64,000 nucleotides of DNA, taken from NCBI GenBank assembly GCA_963765565.1, contig CAVXWV010000013.1:172705-236704 (forward strand), read 5' to 3'. A model generated the notes under the pieces. That model did no database searches. It saw only the letters and a list, made by a program, of their open reading frames with translations, and was not told the DNA's origin. Position numbers and translations under genes: made by a program. Numbering within the stretch: position 1 is the stretch's first letter; each line of letters starts with the position of its first letter. This document shows, one piece after another, positions 29,525 through 39,225 of this stretch. Source of the DNA: an uncultured Chloroflexia bacterium (GTDB lineage Bacteria; Chloroflexota; Anaerolineae; Anaerolineales; UBA4823).

Positions 29525-29644
29525 GTTGACAACGCTCTGCGTTGTCAACTTGGTTGCACGCTTCTGCATGCCTTGTGGAATTGATGGTCAGGAAGCAACA
29601 ACGCCGAGCGTTGGGAGACGGTAACGACGCAGAGCGTCGTTACC
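29525..29644. repeat. Cluster of three tri-loop hairpins with a shared ACGC-NNN-GCGT core
   Basis: GTTGACAACGC-tct-GCGTTGTCAAC (29525-29549), AACGC-cga-GCGTT (29600-29612) and GGTAACGACGC-aga-GCGTCGTTACC (29620-29644). The last one overlaps the S9 peptidase stop. Confidence 0.75.
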
Positions 29645-31493
29645 AGGACGAAGGCATGAGATGCCAGTTGAGGAAGCGCTCGATGCGCTGCCAGGCGTCG
29701 AGGCGGTTTCGGCGGTGCAAAAAGGCATGTGGCTCGTCTGCGTAGGTTTTGTATTCAAAGGTCTTGCCGCCCAGGCGCAGCGCCTGCGCCCATTCTTCGG
29801 AGGCTTCGGGCGGGACAATGTCATCGAGCAAGCCGTGCAGCAGCAAGAGCGGCGCCTGGACATTCGCAGCCTGGTGGACGGGCGAGGCTTGCATGTAATC
29901 TTCTCGCTGCGCCGATGGGTGACCCAGGTAAATCTCGGTATACAGGCGCAGCCGCTGGCTGCACAGAGCCCAGGAGGTCAGCGAGTTGGCATCACCAAAG
30001 ACACTGATCCCGCAGGCAAAGCGGTGCCGGGGGTCACGTGCCAGGGCTGCGTTGGTGAGCAAGCCGCCATAGCTGGGTCCCCAGCAGGCCAGGCGCCCGG
30101 GATCGACGCCGGGCTGGCGGGCAAGGAAGTCGGCCGCAGCCAGGCAGTCCTGCAAGTCGCCGCCGCACCAGTCCAGGTAGTTGCTGCGCTCGTAAGCCAT
30201 CCCATAACCGGTACTGCCGCGGTAGTTCGGGCAGAGGATGGTGTATCCCAAGGCTGCCAGGTACTGCTTGAAAATGTCCCACTGGTAGCCCACCTGGTCA
30301 TTGGGACCGCCGTGCAGGTAGAGGATGCCGGCCTGGTTAGAGCGCTCGGGGCGGTACAGCAGGCCGGGGATACCCTGTAAACCTGACAGTAAACCAACGC
30401 CTTCGCCAGGTTCAACAAATACACCTTCCGGCAGTGTCCAGCGGATGTTCTCCATTGCCGGCGGCAGCGAATGAGTGAGTGCCGTCGCCTGGCGGGTTTC
30501 CAGGTCGAAGCGTAGGATGGTAGTCGACTGGATGGGGCTCTCGTATTCGGCGGTCAGCCAGCTCCCGTCCGGCGACCAGTTGGGGTGGGAGTAAATGCCC
30601 ATCCCACCGGCCAGGGTTTCCGCCTGGCCTTTCTGGGCATCCACCAGGACAAGCTCAAAAGCCCCGCCGCGGTTGGCGATGCAGGCCAGGCGCGTTCCAT
30701 CGGGCGACCAGGCCGGGTCGCTGAGGTCGCAGCCCAGGTGGGTTAGCTGGCGCAGGTTCGATCCATCAGGCTGGACCAGCCAGAGCTCGAAAAAATCGCT
30801 CTGCTGTGAGAGGAAAACCAGGCTTTGTCCATTTGGATGCCAGCGTGGCGAGTGGTTGAAAATGGCAGGGTTACTCGCCAGGTTGTGGGACTGCCTGCTG
30901 GCGACCTCCACCAGGCGCACGTCGAGGCGGCGGAGATCGTCGAACGATTGGAAGACGTACGCCACCCAGCGCCCGTCGGGTGAAGGCTGTGGGTCGGAGG
31001 CATTGCCATCGGGGTTCTCAACCAGGGGTCGTGGCCAATGACCCTCCCGATCGGTCAGAATAAGCTGGCCGGCTTCGCCGCGGGTCACGCTGACGACCAG
31101 GCCGCGACTGTCGGGCATCCAGGCAGGAGCGCTAGCGGCGGTGGTGAAATCGCTGATCTGCCGCGGTAGGCCCCCCGAGACCGGGACGACGTGGACGTGG
31201 TCGTCCTGGGTGAAAGCCAGCCACTGCCCATCGGGCGACCAGGCCGGCAGCTCGTCGTCCCAGGTGATGGTCGGTCCACGCCCGCACGAGAGCCGCCGAG
31301 GCCAGCCACCTGAAGCTGGCAGCAGGTAAAGCTCGGAGAGGTCGTCGCGATCCCAGATGAAGGCGACGTGCCTGCCATCCGGCGAGAGGCTGTGGTTGCG
31401 CACCAGGTCGAGGGAGCTAATGAAGGGCAGGCTCCAGCCCGCCGGAGGCTTGAGGTCCGGGCGAGGGCAGGGAGGGTAAACCGTTGAATTCAT
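29640..31493 (-). CDS. S9-family serine peptidase (prolyl oligopeptidase/acylaminoacyl-peptidase type) with N-terminal beta-propeller
   Basis: Repeated WSPDG/SPDG propeller motifs and the nucleophile elbow GPSYGG in a C-terminal alpha/beta-hydrolase region. Confidence 0.85.
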   Translation of the reverse strand: MNSTVYPPCPRPDLKPPAGWSLPFISSLDLVRNHSLSPDGRHVAFIWDRDDLSELYLLPASGGWPRRLSCGRGPTITWDDELPAWSPDGQWLAFTQDDHVHVVPVSGGLPRQISDFTTAASAPAWMPDSRGLVVSVTRGEAGQLILTDREGHWPRPLVENPDGNASDPQPSPDGRWVAYVFQSFDDLRRLDVRLVEVASRQSHNLASNPAIFNHSPRWHPNGQSLVFLSQQSDFFELWLVQPDGSNLRQLTHLGCDLSDPAWSPDGTRLACIANRGGAFELVLVDAQKGQAETLAGGMGIYSHPNWSPDGSWLTAEYESPIQSTTILRFDLETRQATALTHSLPPAMENIRWTLPEGVFVEPGEGVGLLSGLQGIPGLLYRPERSNQAGILYLHGGPNDQVGYQWDIFKQYLAALGYTILCPNYRGSTGYGMAYERSNYLDWCGGDLQDCLAAADFLARQPGVDPGRLACWGPSYGGLLTNAALARDPRHRFACGISVFGDANSLTSWALCSQRLRLYTEIYLGHPSAQREDYMQASPVHQAANVQAPLLLLHGLLDDIVPPEASEEWAQALRLGGKTFEYKTYADEPHAFLHRRNRLDAWQRIERFLNWHLMPSSW

Positions 31494-31536
31494 ATTTTTC
31501 GGTTAATGACATGAAATATCATTCTCCAGGTCTGGA

Positions 31537-32814
31537 TTACACATCCACAATTTCTACTACTCTAACCGGTTTACCGCTGCCATCCGTGACATTGTCAATC
31601 CTGATTTCGGCATTCTTATAAGCAATCCCGACCCGGTCGTGTGGCAGGGTGTAGTTGCGCGGGCCTGGCGCCAGGTCGATGACATCCCCCTTCAGGCTGG
31701 GACGTTCGTCGGGGACAAATTCGATGGAAATGTCTTTGAATTGGATGTTCTTGACCAGAGGCTCGCTGGCAACCACGGCGATCGGGCGAGGGGAGAGGCA
31801 GGTCAGTCCAGAAAAGGTGACGTTTTGGAGGGAGTACTCAAAGCGCGGCTCGGGCTGCGGATCGCGGTACGAGGGAATGTGGTGCGGCGTGACCATGAGA
31901 ACGATAGCTTCGCCGTTACCCCACCAGTTGCCGCCGTAGCTCCGGCCCTCGAAGATGCAGTTGGTGACCCGCACATTCTCCACCAGGCCGGTGCGCGGGT
32001 GGCACATCGAGACGAAGGCGCGGTTGCTCTTACGAACGATGACATTCTCGATCAGGACGTTGCGCACGATGCTGTGCATGTAGCCGACCGAGATTGCCTT
32101 CGATGCCGACTGCAAGATGCAGTCGCTGATGACGACGTTTTCACAGGCGACGTTCCAGTCCGTGATTGAGGTCAGGGCGATGCAGTCGTCGCCGGCGGAG
32201 ATGCGGCAGCCGTGGATGAGGATATCCTGCGAGCCGGTAAAGTGCATGCCGTCGTCGTTGGGCAGGATCATGCTGTTTTCGATGGTGAGGTGGGAGATCT
32301 GGATGCCCCGGCAGAGGTTGAAGCTCAAGGTCCAGCAGGGCGAATTACGGATGGACAGACCTTCCAGGCGGAGGTTACGGCAGTGGTGGAAAAAGACCGG
32401 CTGGTTCACTCGCCAATCGTAGGTGCGCGGCGCCTCGTCGAGGTATTCCTGGGTGATGGGAGGGCCAGCGCTGACGACTTTGGAGGGGATATCCATGTGG
32501 TAGAAAGCCGTCCCATTCAGGTTGATCTCACCTTCGCCTTTCAGGATAATATTTTCCTGGTCAAAAGCGTAGATAGCCGAGTGCACCTCGCCCATCTCGT
32601 TGTGATGGTAGCCGACCGGAAAATAATCTTCCTTGCGCGGGGATGCGACCAGTTTTGCACCGGCGCTCAAGTTCAGGCAGATGTTCGATTTGAGCTCGAT
32701 CGGGCGGAAATGATAAATCCCAGGAGGGATCAGGATTTCACCGCCGCCGGACTCCGCCAGGCGGTCGATGGCGCTTTGCAGATCGATTGTAATGTCGGTG
32801 TTAGTTATGAACAA
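31537..32814 (-). CDS. Glycoside hydrolase family 28-like (right-handed beta-helix, polygalacturonase type)
   Basis: NDDGMHFTGSQDILIHGCRISAGDDCIALTS catalytic-Asp cluster with repetitive beta-helix text. Confidence 0.8.
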   Translation of the reverse strand: MFITNTDITIDLQSAIDRLAESGGGEILIPPGIYHFRPIELKSNICLNLSAGAKLVASPRKEDYFPVGYHHNEMGEVHSAIYAFDQENIILKGEGEINLNGTAFYHMDIPSKVVSAGPPITQEYLDEAPRTYDWRVNQPVFFHHCRNLRLEGLSIRNSPCWTLSFNLCRGIQISHLTIENSMILPNDDGMHFTGSQDILIHGCRISAGDDCIALTSITDWNVACENVVISDCILQSASKAISVGYMHSIVRNVLIENVIVRKSNRAFVSMCHPRTGLVENVRVTNCIFEGRSYGGNWWGNGEAIVLMVTPHHIPSYRDPQPEPRFEYSLQNVTFSGLTCLSPRPIAVVASEPLVKNIQFKDISIEFVPDERPSLKGDVIDLAPGPRNYTLPHDRVGIAYKNAEIRIDNVTDGSGKPVRVVEIVDV

Positions 32815-33042
32815 AGGAAACTCCTGGAATACGTTGTCAGGCAGGATTATACACTCTCACCTTGCAGCCTGGAGAGAGGGCGCCCTTCTCGTAACCGGTG
32901 GGCCTTACAAATATGATAACTGAATTCGTTGAAAATTCTATGTGTACAGGATTGTAATTCGGAGGTATTGGACTAAAATTACACAACCCTGTCCGCAGCT
33001 TGCGGACTGTCCCATCAACCTATTCCGCCATGTGGAGGCAGT

Positions 33043-35925
33043 ATGAATAAAAGTGTGAGGCTTATACTTTCCGTGTTTGCGATCCTGAGCCTGGTCTTCG
33101 GTTCGTTCGCCATGGTTTCGGCCGTACGCGGCCAGCAAGAGCAGCCCGCACCGATCTACCTGGAAGCCGGCACCTTTGTGCCCGGCGAAAGCGAAATCAC
33201 CACACCGCCCGGGCTGACGATTGCCGGGTATCCGGCCAATACGCGCGGCTACTACATCGTCCAGTTCGGCGGGCCGGTAGAGCAGGCATGGAAGGACCAG
33301 GTGACCGCCCTGGGCGCTGACGTCCTGGATTACATCCCCGACTTCGCCTTCAAGGTGCGCATGAATCCTGGGCAGGCGAAGAAAGTGCAACAACTCGCTA
33401 ACGTCAGCTACGTAGGCATCTTCCAACCGGCCTTCAAGCTCAACCCATCATTAGCTGCCGCTGGGGAGCTGGGTGTGTACAGCGTGCGCATCGAGCGCGG
33501 GGCTGAGTACGGCCTTGCCCGTGCTGCCATCGCCCAGACCGGCAGCGAGCTGCTACAGGCGGAAGGCGAACTGCTGACCGTGATCGCCAGCCGCGCCCAG
33601 ATCGAGCAGATCGCCAACGTCCTCGACGTGGCCTGGGTGGATTTCTTCTACTTGAATGTCACAAATGGCAGGCTGAGCAACGATGTCGGCGGGGGCAGCG
33701 TGATGGGCTCGGCTGCGGCGAATGTTCGCGGCTACGATGGCTCGACCCAGACGGTGACCGTGGCGGATACCGGCATCGGCGGTGGTACGACAACCACTGC
33801 TCATCGCGACATCCCCGGCAGCCGCGTGACAGCAATCTACAACTGGCCCGGTTCCGCAGGAAGCTGTTTCCAGACCATCACCAATGATGGCTCAATCGAC
33901 GTGGACTCGGGGCACGGCACGCACACTGCCAGCTCCGTCCTGAGCGCCGGCGACCCGAGCGGCGCCGGGAAGGGCACTTCCCCGGCCGCCCACCTGGTCT
34001 TCCAATCCACCGAAAACTATGTGGTCATTTCATCGATTTGTAAAGCTCTCTATGGCTATACCGACGGCTACTACCTGACCGGGCTTCCCAGTGACTTGAA
34101 AACGCTCTACCAGCAGGCTTACAACGCCGGATCACGCATTCACTCCAATTCCTGGGGCAGTGCCCAGGCAGGCGCCTACACCACTGACAGTGTTAATACC
34201 GACTCCTTTATCTGGACCAACAAGGACATGGTTATCACCTTCTCAGCCGGGAATGAAGGCATCGATGCCAATAGCGACGGAGCCATCGACAACGACTCAA
34301 TCGGCTCGCCGGCTACCGCCAAGAACGTGATTACAGTGGGCGCCAGTGAAAATGCACGCCCAACTTATCCCTGCGACACGGGTCTCAGCTACACGCAGTG
34401 CGGTTCCCAGGGTGGTATCAACAGCATCTTCACTTACAACTCTGCCTGGCCTGCGGACTACCCCGCAGAGCCGATCAAAAGCGATCCCTCCGCCGGCAAC
34501 TCCGAACAGATGGCAGCCTTCTCCAGCCGCGGCCCCACCAACGACTCACGCATCAAGCCGGATGTGGTCGCCCCAGGTACCTGGGTGCTCTCGGGGTATT
34601 CCGATCTCTACGAGCAGGGCTACGACGCCTCGCCCAATCCCAAGAACAATGCTTACCAGTATGACGGATGGGGTTTCCCCCTCAACGCTTACTACAAGTA
34701 CATGGGCGGCACGTCGATGTCCAATCCGCTGACTGCCGGCGGCGCGGCTGTGCTCAAGGATTACTTCCAGAAAGTCTATGGGATCTCCGCCAGCGCAGCC
34801 CTGGTGAAAGCGGTGATGATCAACACAGCCGTGGATATCATGGATGAGAACAATGATGGCGCCAGCGACAACGACTTCCCGATCCCGAACAACCACGAGG
34901 GCTGGGGTCGCGTCAACCTGGACGCTGCTACTGACGGGCGGGTTCGATACATCGAGGGCAGCGGGCTGAGTACCAACGGCACCGCCAGCTACCAGGTAAC
35001 ACCGACCGGCGGCGCCTTGAAGATCACGATCGTCTGGAGCGACTATCCTTCGACGACGTCGGCTTCGGTGAACCTGGTCAACGACCTCGACCTGACGGTT
35101 AGCGGTACGGCTGGCAATTTCCTGGGCAACGTCTTCAGCGGGGGCTGGAGCGCCACGGGCGGCAGCGTTGACCGGCGCAACAACGTCGAGAACGTTTACA
35201 TCGCCAATCCCGGCGCAGGACCTTATACAGTCCAGGTCAAAGGCTACAACGTGCCCAACGGACCGCAGCCGTATGCCCTGGTAGTGACCGGCGGCGAGCT
35301 GGGCAGCACCTCGACGGCCACGCCGGGACCGACCAACACCCCCACCGCCACGGCGACTCCGACCTTTACCCCCACCCCGACAAACACCCCGGCGCCAACC
35401 ACCAACACCGGCTTCCTGTCTCCTTCCGCCAACGCCGCGGTGACCACGGGTTCTGGCGACAACAACGGATACCAGACCAGCCCAGCGAACGCGTATGCAA
35501 ATGACAGCGCCTTTGCCTCTGACGCCAGCAGCGGTACCAACACCAACACATCCTGCACGAACACCGGCAAAGACCGACATATCTATTACAACTACAACGT
35601 GAACCTGCCGGTCAGCGCCGTCATCAAGGGCATCCAGGTGCGCCTGGACGCCAGGGTCAGCAGCGCCAGCAGCTCGCCCAAGATATGCGTGCAGCTCTCC
35701 TGGGACGGCGGGACGACGTGGACGACCGCGAAATCCACCACCACCTTGAGTACGACTGAGAGGACGTACACACTCGGTGGCACGACAGACACCTGGGGCA
35801 GGACCTGGACGCAGGCGAACTTCTCGAATACCAACCTGCGCGTGCGCATTGTGGACGTGGCGGCATCATCGGCGCGCACCTTCTACCTGGATTGGATCGC
35901 ACTGCAGGTGACTTACCAACCGTAA
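33043..35925 (+). CDS. Secreted S8 (subtilisin-family) serine peptidase with Thr/Pro linker and C-terminal domain of unknown function
   Basis: Signal peptide. Catalytic triad motifs VTVADTGIG, GHGTHTASSV and GGTSMSNPLTAG. Linker TSTATPGPTNTPTATATPTFTPTPTNTPAPTT. Confidence 0.9.
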   Translation: MNKSVRLILSVFAILSLVFGSFAMVSAVRGQQEQPAPIYLEAGTFVPGESEITTPPGLTIAGYPANTRGYYIVQFGGPVEQAWKDQVTALGADVLDYIPDFAFKVRMNPGQAKKVQQLANVSYVGIFQPAFKLNPSLAAAGELGVYSVRIERGAEYGLARAAIAQTGSELLQAEGELLTVIASRAQIEQIANVLDVAWVDFFYLNVTNGRLSNDVGGGSVMGSAAANVRGYDGSTQTVTVADTGIGGGTTTTAHRDIPGSRVTAIYNWPGSAGSCFQTITNDGSIDVDSGHGTHTASSVLSAGDPSGAGKGTSPAAHLVFQSTENYVVISSICKALYGYTDGYYLTGLPSDLKTLYQQAYNAGSRIHSNSWGSAQAGAYTTDSVNTDSFIWTNKDMVITFSAGNEGIDANSDGAIDNDSIGSPATAKNVITVGASENARPTYPCDTGLSYTQCGSQGGINSIFTYNSAWPADYPAEPIKSDPSAGNSEQMAAFSSRGPTNDSRIKPDVVAPGTWVLSGYSDLYEQGYDASPNPKNNAYQYDGWGFPLNAYYKYMGGTSMSNPLTAGGAAVLKDYFQKVYGISASAALVKAVMINTAVDIMDENNDGASDNDFPIPNNHEGWGRVNLDAATDGRVRYIEGSGLSTNGTASYQVTPTGGALKITIVWSDYPSTTSASVNLVNDLDLTVSGTAGNFLGNVFSGGWSATGGSVDRRNNVENVYIANPGAGPYTVQVKGYNVPNGPQPYALVVTGGELGSTSTATPGPTNTPTATATPTFTPTPTNTPAPTTNTGFLSPSANAAVTTGSGDNNGYQTSPANAYANDSAFASDASSGTNTNTSCTNTGKDRHIYYNYNVNLPVSAVIKGIQVRLDARVSSASSSPKICVQLSWDGGTTWTTAKSTTTLSTTERTYTLGGTTDTWGRTWTQANFSNTNLRVRIVDVAASSARTFYLDWIALQVTYQP

Positions 35926-36050
35926 AGCTGTCAGCGGATTTGGCGATCAAAGAGCGATCGGCTGATCAAAGATCGATCAGCTTAACGGATTGAACAGATA
36001 ATGTTGAACGCAGATGCCATTTGGAAAGATGGTATCCGCGTTTTGTTGTG

Positions 36051-37985
36051 GAGCTGTCAACGGATGGCTGCAAAGAACGCAGCTTAACGGATTGAACGGA
36101 TGGCTCCACTGAAAAAACGAATGGACAAAAGCAGTCAGAATTCAGGGCTCCTCAAAAGGAGAAAAGATTAATATAATCCAAAGACACCAAGCTTAACAGG
36201 AACACAGGATGTACAAAGCGAATAAAAAACACAATCAACCGCCATTATTTAGTAATGTTCAAGAGTTAAAGGATAAGCACCGACAACGGCTGGAACAATC
36301 TTGGGCGGGTGAATTTTACCGGCAATTCTTTTGTCGGCTCAAAGAAGGTTCGTTTTGTTGCCTGTACGCTGATCATCCTTCTCGGCCAAACATTCCAGTC
36401 AACGTTCTAGTAGCTTTAGATACGCTGAAGGCTGGCTTTGGATGGAGTGACGAAGAGCTCTATGACCATTTCACGTTTGACGTCCAGGTTCGATATGCCT
36501 TGGGATACCACAGTTTGAATGAAGGGGATTTCGACATACGCACGTTGTATAACTTTCGCCGGCGTTTAAGTCAATACAACCTGGAACACGGGGTGAATCT
36601 CCTCGAGCAATGTTTCGAAGACATTACCGATCAACAACTGATCGCCTTCCAAGTCAAGACCACCCAGCAGCGCATGGATAGCACAATGCTTGCAAGCAAC
36701 ATTCTCGATTCCAGTCGCCTGCAATTAGCCGCCGAACTGCTACAGCGGATCAACCGCTTGTTGTCTGAAGCAGATCGTGTGCGGTATGCAGAAATCTTTG
36801 GCCCATACTTGAAAGACACTACCAACCAGTATGTATATCGCATCAAAGGCAAAGAGCAGGTACAAGAACAGTTGACCCACATTGGGAAAATCCTTTTCCA
36901 GCTATTGAGTGAGTTACGAGCGGGATATACTCAATATCCTTTCTTCAGAGTGGTGGAACGATTCTTTACCGAAAACTTCCGGGCAGAAAGTGTAACCGTG
37001 CTACCAAAAGAGGGTAAAGAACTCTCCAGTGGCTGTTTGCAATCCTTAGATGATTTGGAAGCCAGTTACCGGCAGAAAGGCCAAAGGTATTACAAAGGTT
37101 ATGTGGCCAACCTCACCGAAACCTGCCACCCTGAGAATCCCGTGCAGTTGATTACCAAAACGCAGGTGGCCCCCAATAATGTGGACGACCCCAGACTGTT
37201 ACTGGCTGCTCTGCCAAATTTGGTGGAGCGAACGGATTTGAAGCAACTGTACACCGATGCGGGCTTTGGCAGCCCGCAGGTCGACCAAGTCTTACGCCAA
37301 CAGCAGGTGGTACAAATCCAGAGTGCAATCCGCGGTACACGCTTGAACCCTGATAAGCTGCACCTTTCTTCGTATATCATCCAGCAAAATGCGCTAGGAC
37401 AGCCAACCCAGATCACCTGCCCCGGACAGTGTACGGTTAGCGTCCAGCCCAGGTCTACTGCGGTGAAGAGTTTTCGGGCAAGCTTTCAGGCCACAGATTG
37501 TTCTGCATGCCCTTTCCATGCTGATAATCGTTGCCGGATTTTGTGGCGCAAAAAGTCCGCCAGTTTCCAAATGGATTTCACCCAGCATGAAGTTGATGCA
37601 GCAGTACGTCGACAACGCTGCCTGGAGAACCAGCGGGCTCCGCACAACTTACGCGCAGCTGTCGAAGCGGCGGTGCGATCCTTGAAACATCCTTTCCCCG
37701 CAGCAAAGTTGCCTGTACGTGGTTTGTTCCGAGTTCGAAGTATGCTAATCGCATCCGCAGCAATGATCAATATCCGTCGACTGACCCGTTTTCAGCAAGC
37801 CTGAGTTCGTATTCGAGGGCAACAATGGGTTTCCCTAGCCCCCTTGTTCCTGTTTCCCGGAGAGCTTTTTTATTTTTTCCGGTTTCCTTGTTCGGTTTTT
37901 TCTTCATTTTTGGAAGTTTCTTGTTAATGTGCAGTTTTTTCAGTGGAGCCATCCGTTCAATCTGTTCTACATCCGTTGACAGCTC
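36051..37985 (+). mobile_element. Insertion sequence (IS1182/IS5-like), 1,935 bp with long imperfect terminal inverted repeats
   Basis: The left end GAGCTGTCAACGGATG...ATTGAACGGATGGCTCCACTGAAAAAAC (36051-36118) is mirrored at 37933-37985. Flanking 10-mers are similar: TTTTGTTGTG / TTTTGGTGTT. GC content is lower than the surroundings. Confidence 0.75.
36209..37804 (+). CDS. DDE transposase (IS1182/IS5-like)
   Basis: N-terminal transposase text (PNIPVNVLVALDTLKAGFGWSDEELYDHFTFDVQVRYALGY). Candidate acidic residues in RMDSTMLASNI and YTDAGFGS. The family assignment is tentative. Confidence 0.7.
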   Translation: MYKANKKHNQPPLFSNVQELKDKHRQRLEQSWAGEFYRQFFCRLKEGSFCCLYADHPSRPNIPVNVLVALDTLKAGFGWSDEELYDHFTFDVQVRYALGYHSLNEGDFDIRTLYNFRRRLSQYNLEHGVNLLEQCFEDITDQQLIAFQVKTTQQRMDSTMLASNILDSSRLQLAAELLQRINRLLSEADRVRYAEIFGPYLKDTTNQYVYRIKGKEQVQEQLTHIGKILFQLLSELRAGYTQYPFFRVVERFFTENFRAESVTVLPKEGKELSSGCLQSLDDLEASYRQKGQRYYKGYVANLTETCHPENPVQLITKTQVAPNNVDDPRLLLAALPNLVERTDLKQLYTDAGFGSPQVDQVLRQQQVVQIQSAIRGTRLNPDKLHLSSYIIQQNALGQPTQITCPGQCTVSVQPRSTAVKSFRASFQATDCSACPFHADNRCRILWRKKSASFQMDFTQHEVDAAVRRQRCLENQRAPHNLRAAVEAAVRSLKHPFPAAKLPVRGLFRVRSMLIASAAMINIRRLTRFQQA

Positions 37986-38036
37986 TTTTGGTGTTAGAAT
38001 CCAATCACAATCATCTTTCCCCCGGAGAACTCATCC

Positions 38037-38501
38037 ATGATTACCTGCTCACACTGCAATACCGAAAACACCGACGAAGCTAAGTTCTGCATGGCATGCG
38101 GCGCATCACTGGTTGAAGAAGCGAAATCCCTGGAGGATGTTGCCAGCCAGGAAACGACGCCGTCCTACGAGCCGGAACCTGTGAGTCCTGGATCTTACAG
38201 CCAGCCAGCGCCAAGTTATGCTCTAACGCGTGGCTATAAGGATCGAAGCCTGGCGTTAATTTTAGAAATTCTTCCAGGTTTATTTGGAATTCTGGGTATT
38301 GGTTGGATCTATAGTGGTAAAACTGGTGGTATCTTCCTATTAATCGGTTCAGTAATTTGGACCATCTTTTTCTGGATCATTGCGGTTTTTACAGGGTTCT
38401 TTTCCCTATTATGCACCGGGCCGATCAGCATCACAGCGGTAATAATATCTGCTTTCATCTTAAACAAATACACCAAAGAACATCCCGAGATTTTCGGATA
38501 A
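38037..38501 (+). CDS. Zinc-ribbon domain membrane protein
   Basis: CSHCNTEN...CMACG zinc ribbon followed by two or three hydrophobic helices (ILEILPGLFGILGIGWIY..., IFFWIIAVFTGFFSLL). Confidence 0.65.
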   Translation: MITCSHCNTENTDEAKFCMACGASLVEEAKSLEDVASQETTPSYEPEPVSPGSYSQPAPSYALTRGYKDRSLALILEILPGLFGILGIGWIYSGKTGGIFLLIGSVIWTIFFWIIAVFTGFFSLLCTGPISITAVIISAFILNKYTKEHPEIFG

Positions 38502-39209
38502 ATGAAATTCGAGCTGATTGCCTTCGACGCCGACGACACGCTCTGGGAGAACGAGAGTCTGTATGCCCGCGCCCAGGCCAGGTTCCGCGAGCTTTTAGCC
38601 CGCTACCACCCTCCGGAATGGATCGACGCTCGACTGTACGAGACCGAAATGCGCAACCTGGCGCATTTCGGTTATGGCGTGAAGGCATTCACGCTTTCGA
38701 TGATCGAGACCGCCATCGAGCTGACCGAAGGGCAAATCTGCGGTGAAGACATCAAATTCCTGATCGACCAGGGCAAGCAGATGCTGACCGCCGAGATCGT
38801 GCTGCTCGAGCATGCCGCTGAGACGGTTGCGCGATTGTCGCAAGCCTACTCGCTGATGCTGGTCACGAAAGGTGATTTGCTGGACCAGGAGTCCAAGATC
38901 AAGCGTTCGGGCATCCAAACTTACTTCGAACATATCGAAATTGTCAGCGATAAAACGCCTCAAAGTTATGCCCACGTATTACAGGAGCACGGCGTCCAAC
39001 CAAAAAATTTCTTAATGATCGGAAATTCGCTGCGTTCTGATGTCCTGCCGATCCTGGAATTGGGGGGCAATGCCGTCTATGTCCCGTATGAAATGACGTG
39101 GATGCACGAAGCGGCGGAAGCGCCGCCCACGGGAACGCCCGGGTTTTACCAGATCGAGAACCTGGGCCAGCTCCCTGAACTGATCAGAAACCTGAACCAA
39201 TCCTCATAA
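38502..39209 (+). CDS. HAD-superfamily hydrolase
   Basis: Motif I FDADDTLWENE. The start abuts the previous stop. Confidence 0.75.
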   Translation: MKFELIAFDADDTLWENESLYARAQARFRELLARYHPPEWIDARLYETEMRNLAHFGYGVKAFTLSMIETAIELTEGQICGEDIKFLIDQGKQMLTAEIVLLEHAAETVARLSQAYSLMLVTKGDLLDQESKIKRSGIQTYFEHIEIVSDKTPQSYAHVLQEHGVQPKNFLMIGNSLRSDVLPILELGGNAVYVPYEMTWMHEAAEAPPTGTPGFYQIENLGQLPELIRNLNQSS

Positions 39210-39225
39210 ACTGAACGGAGGGGAG

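Noticed and set aside
34546-35580. 344-aa minus-strand ORF inside the S8 peptidase gene, and similar antisense ORFs at 12078-12833, 14069-14971, 15363-16256, 27469-28197 and 50649-51395
   Set aside because: They show Arg/Gly/Val-rich antisense artefact composition. In each case the sense-strand gene is well supported.
37767-38040. Small ORFs (61 and 71 aa) in the right end of the IS
   Set aside because: Their text is Lys-rich or Phe/Ser-rich low-complexity sequence overlapping the terminal inverted repeat, with no RBS.
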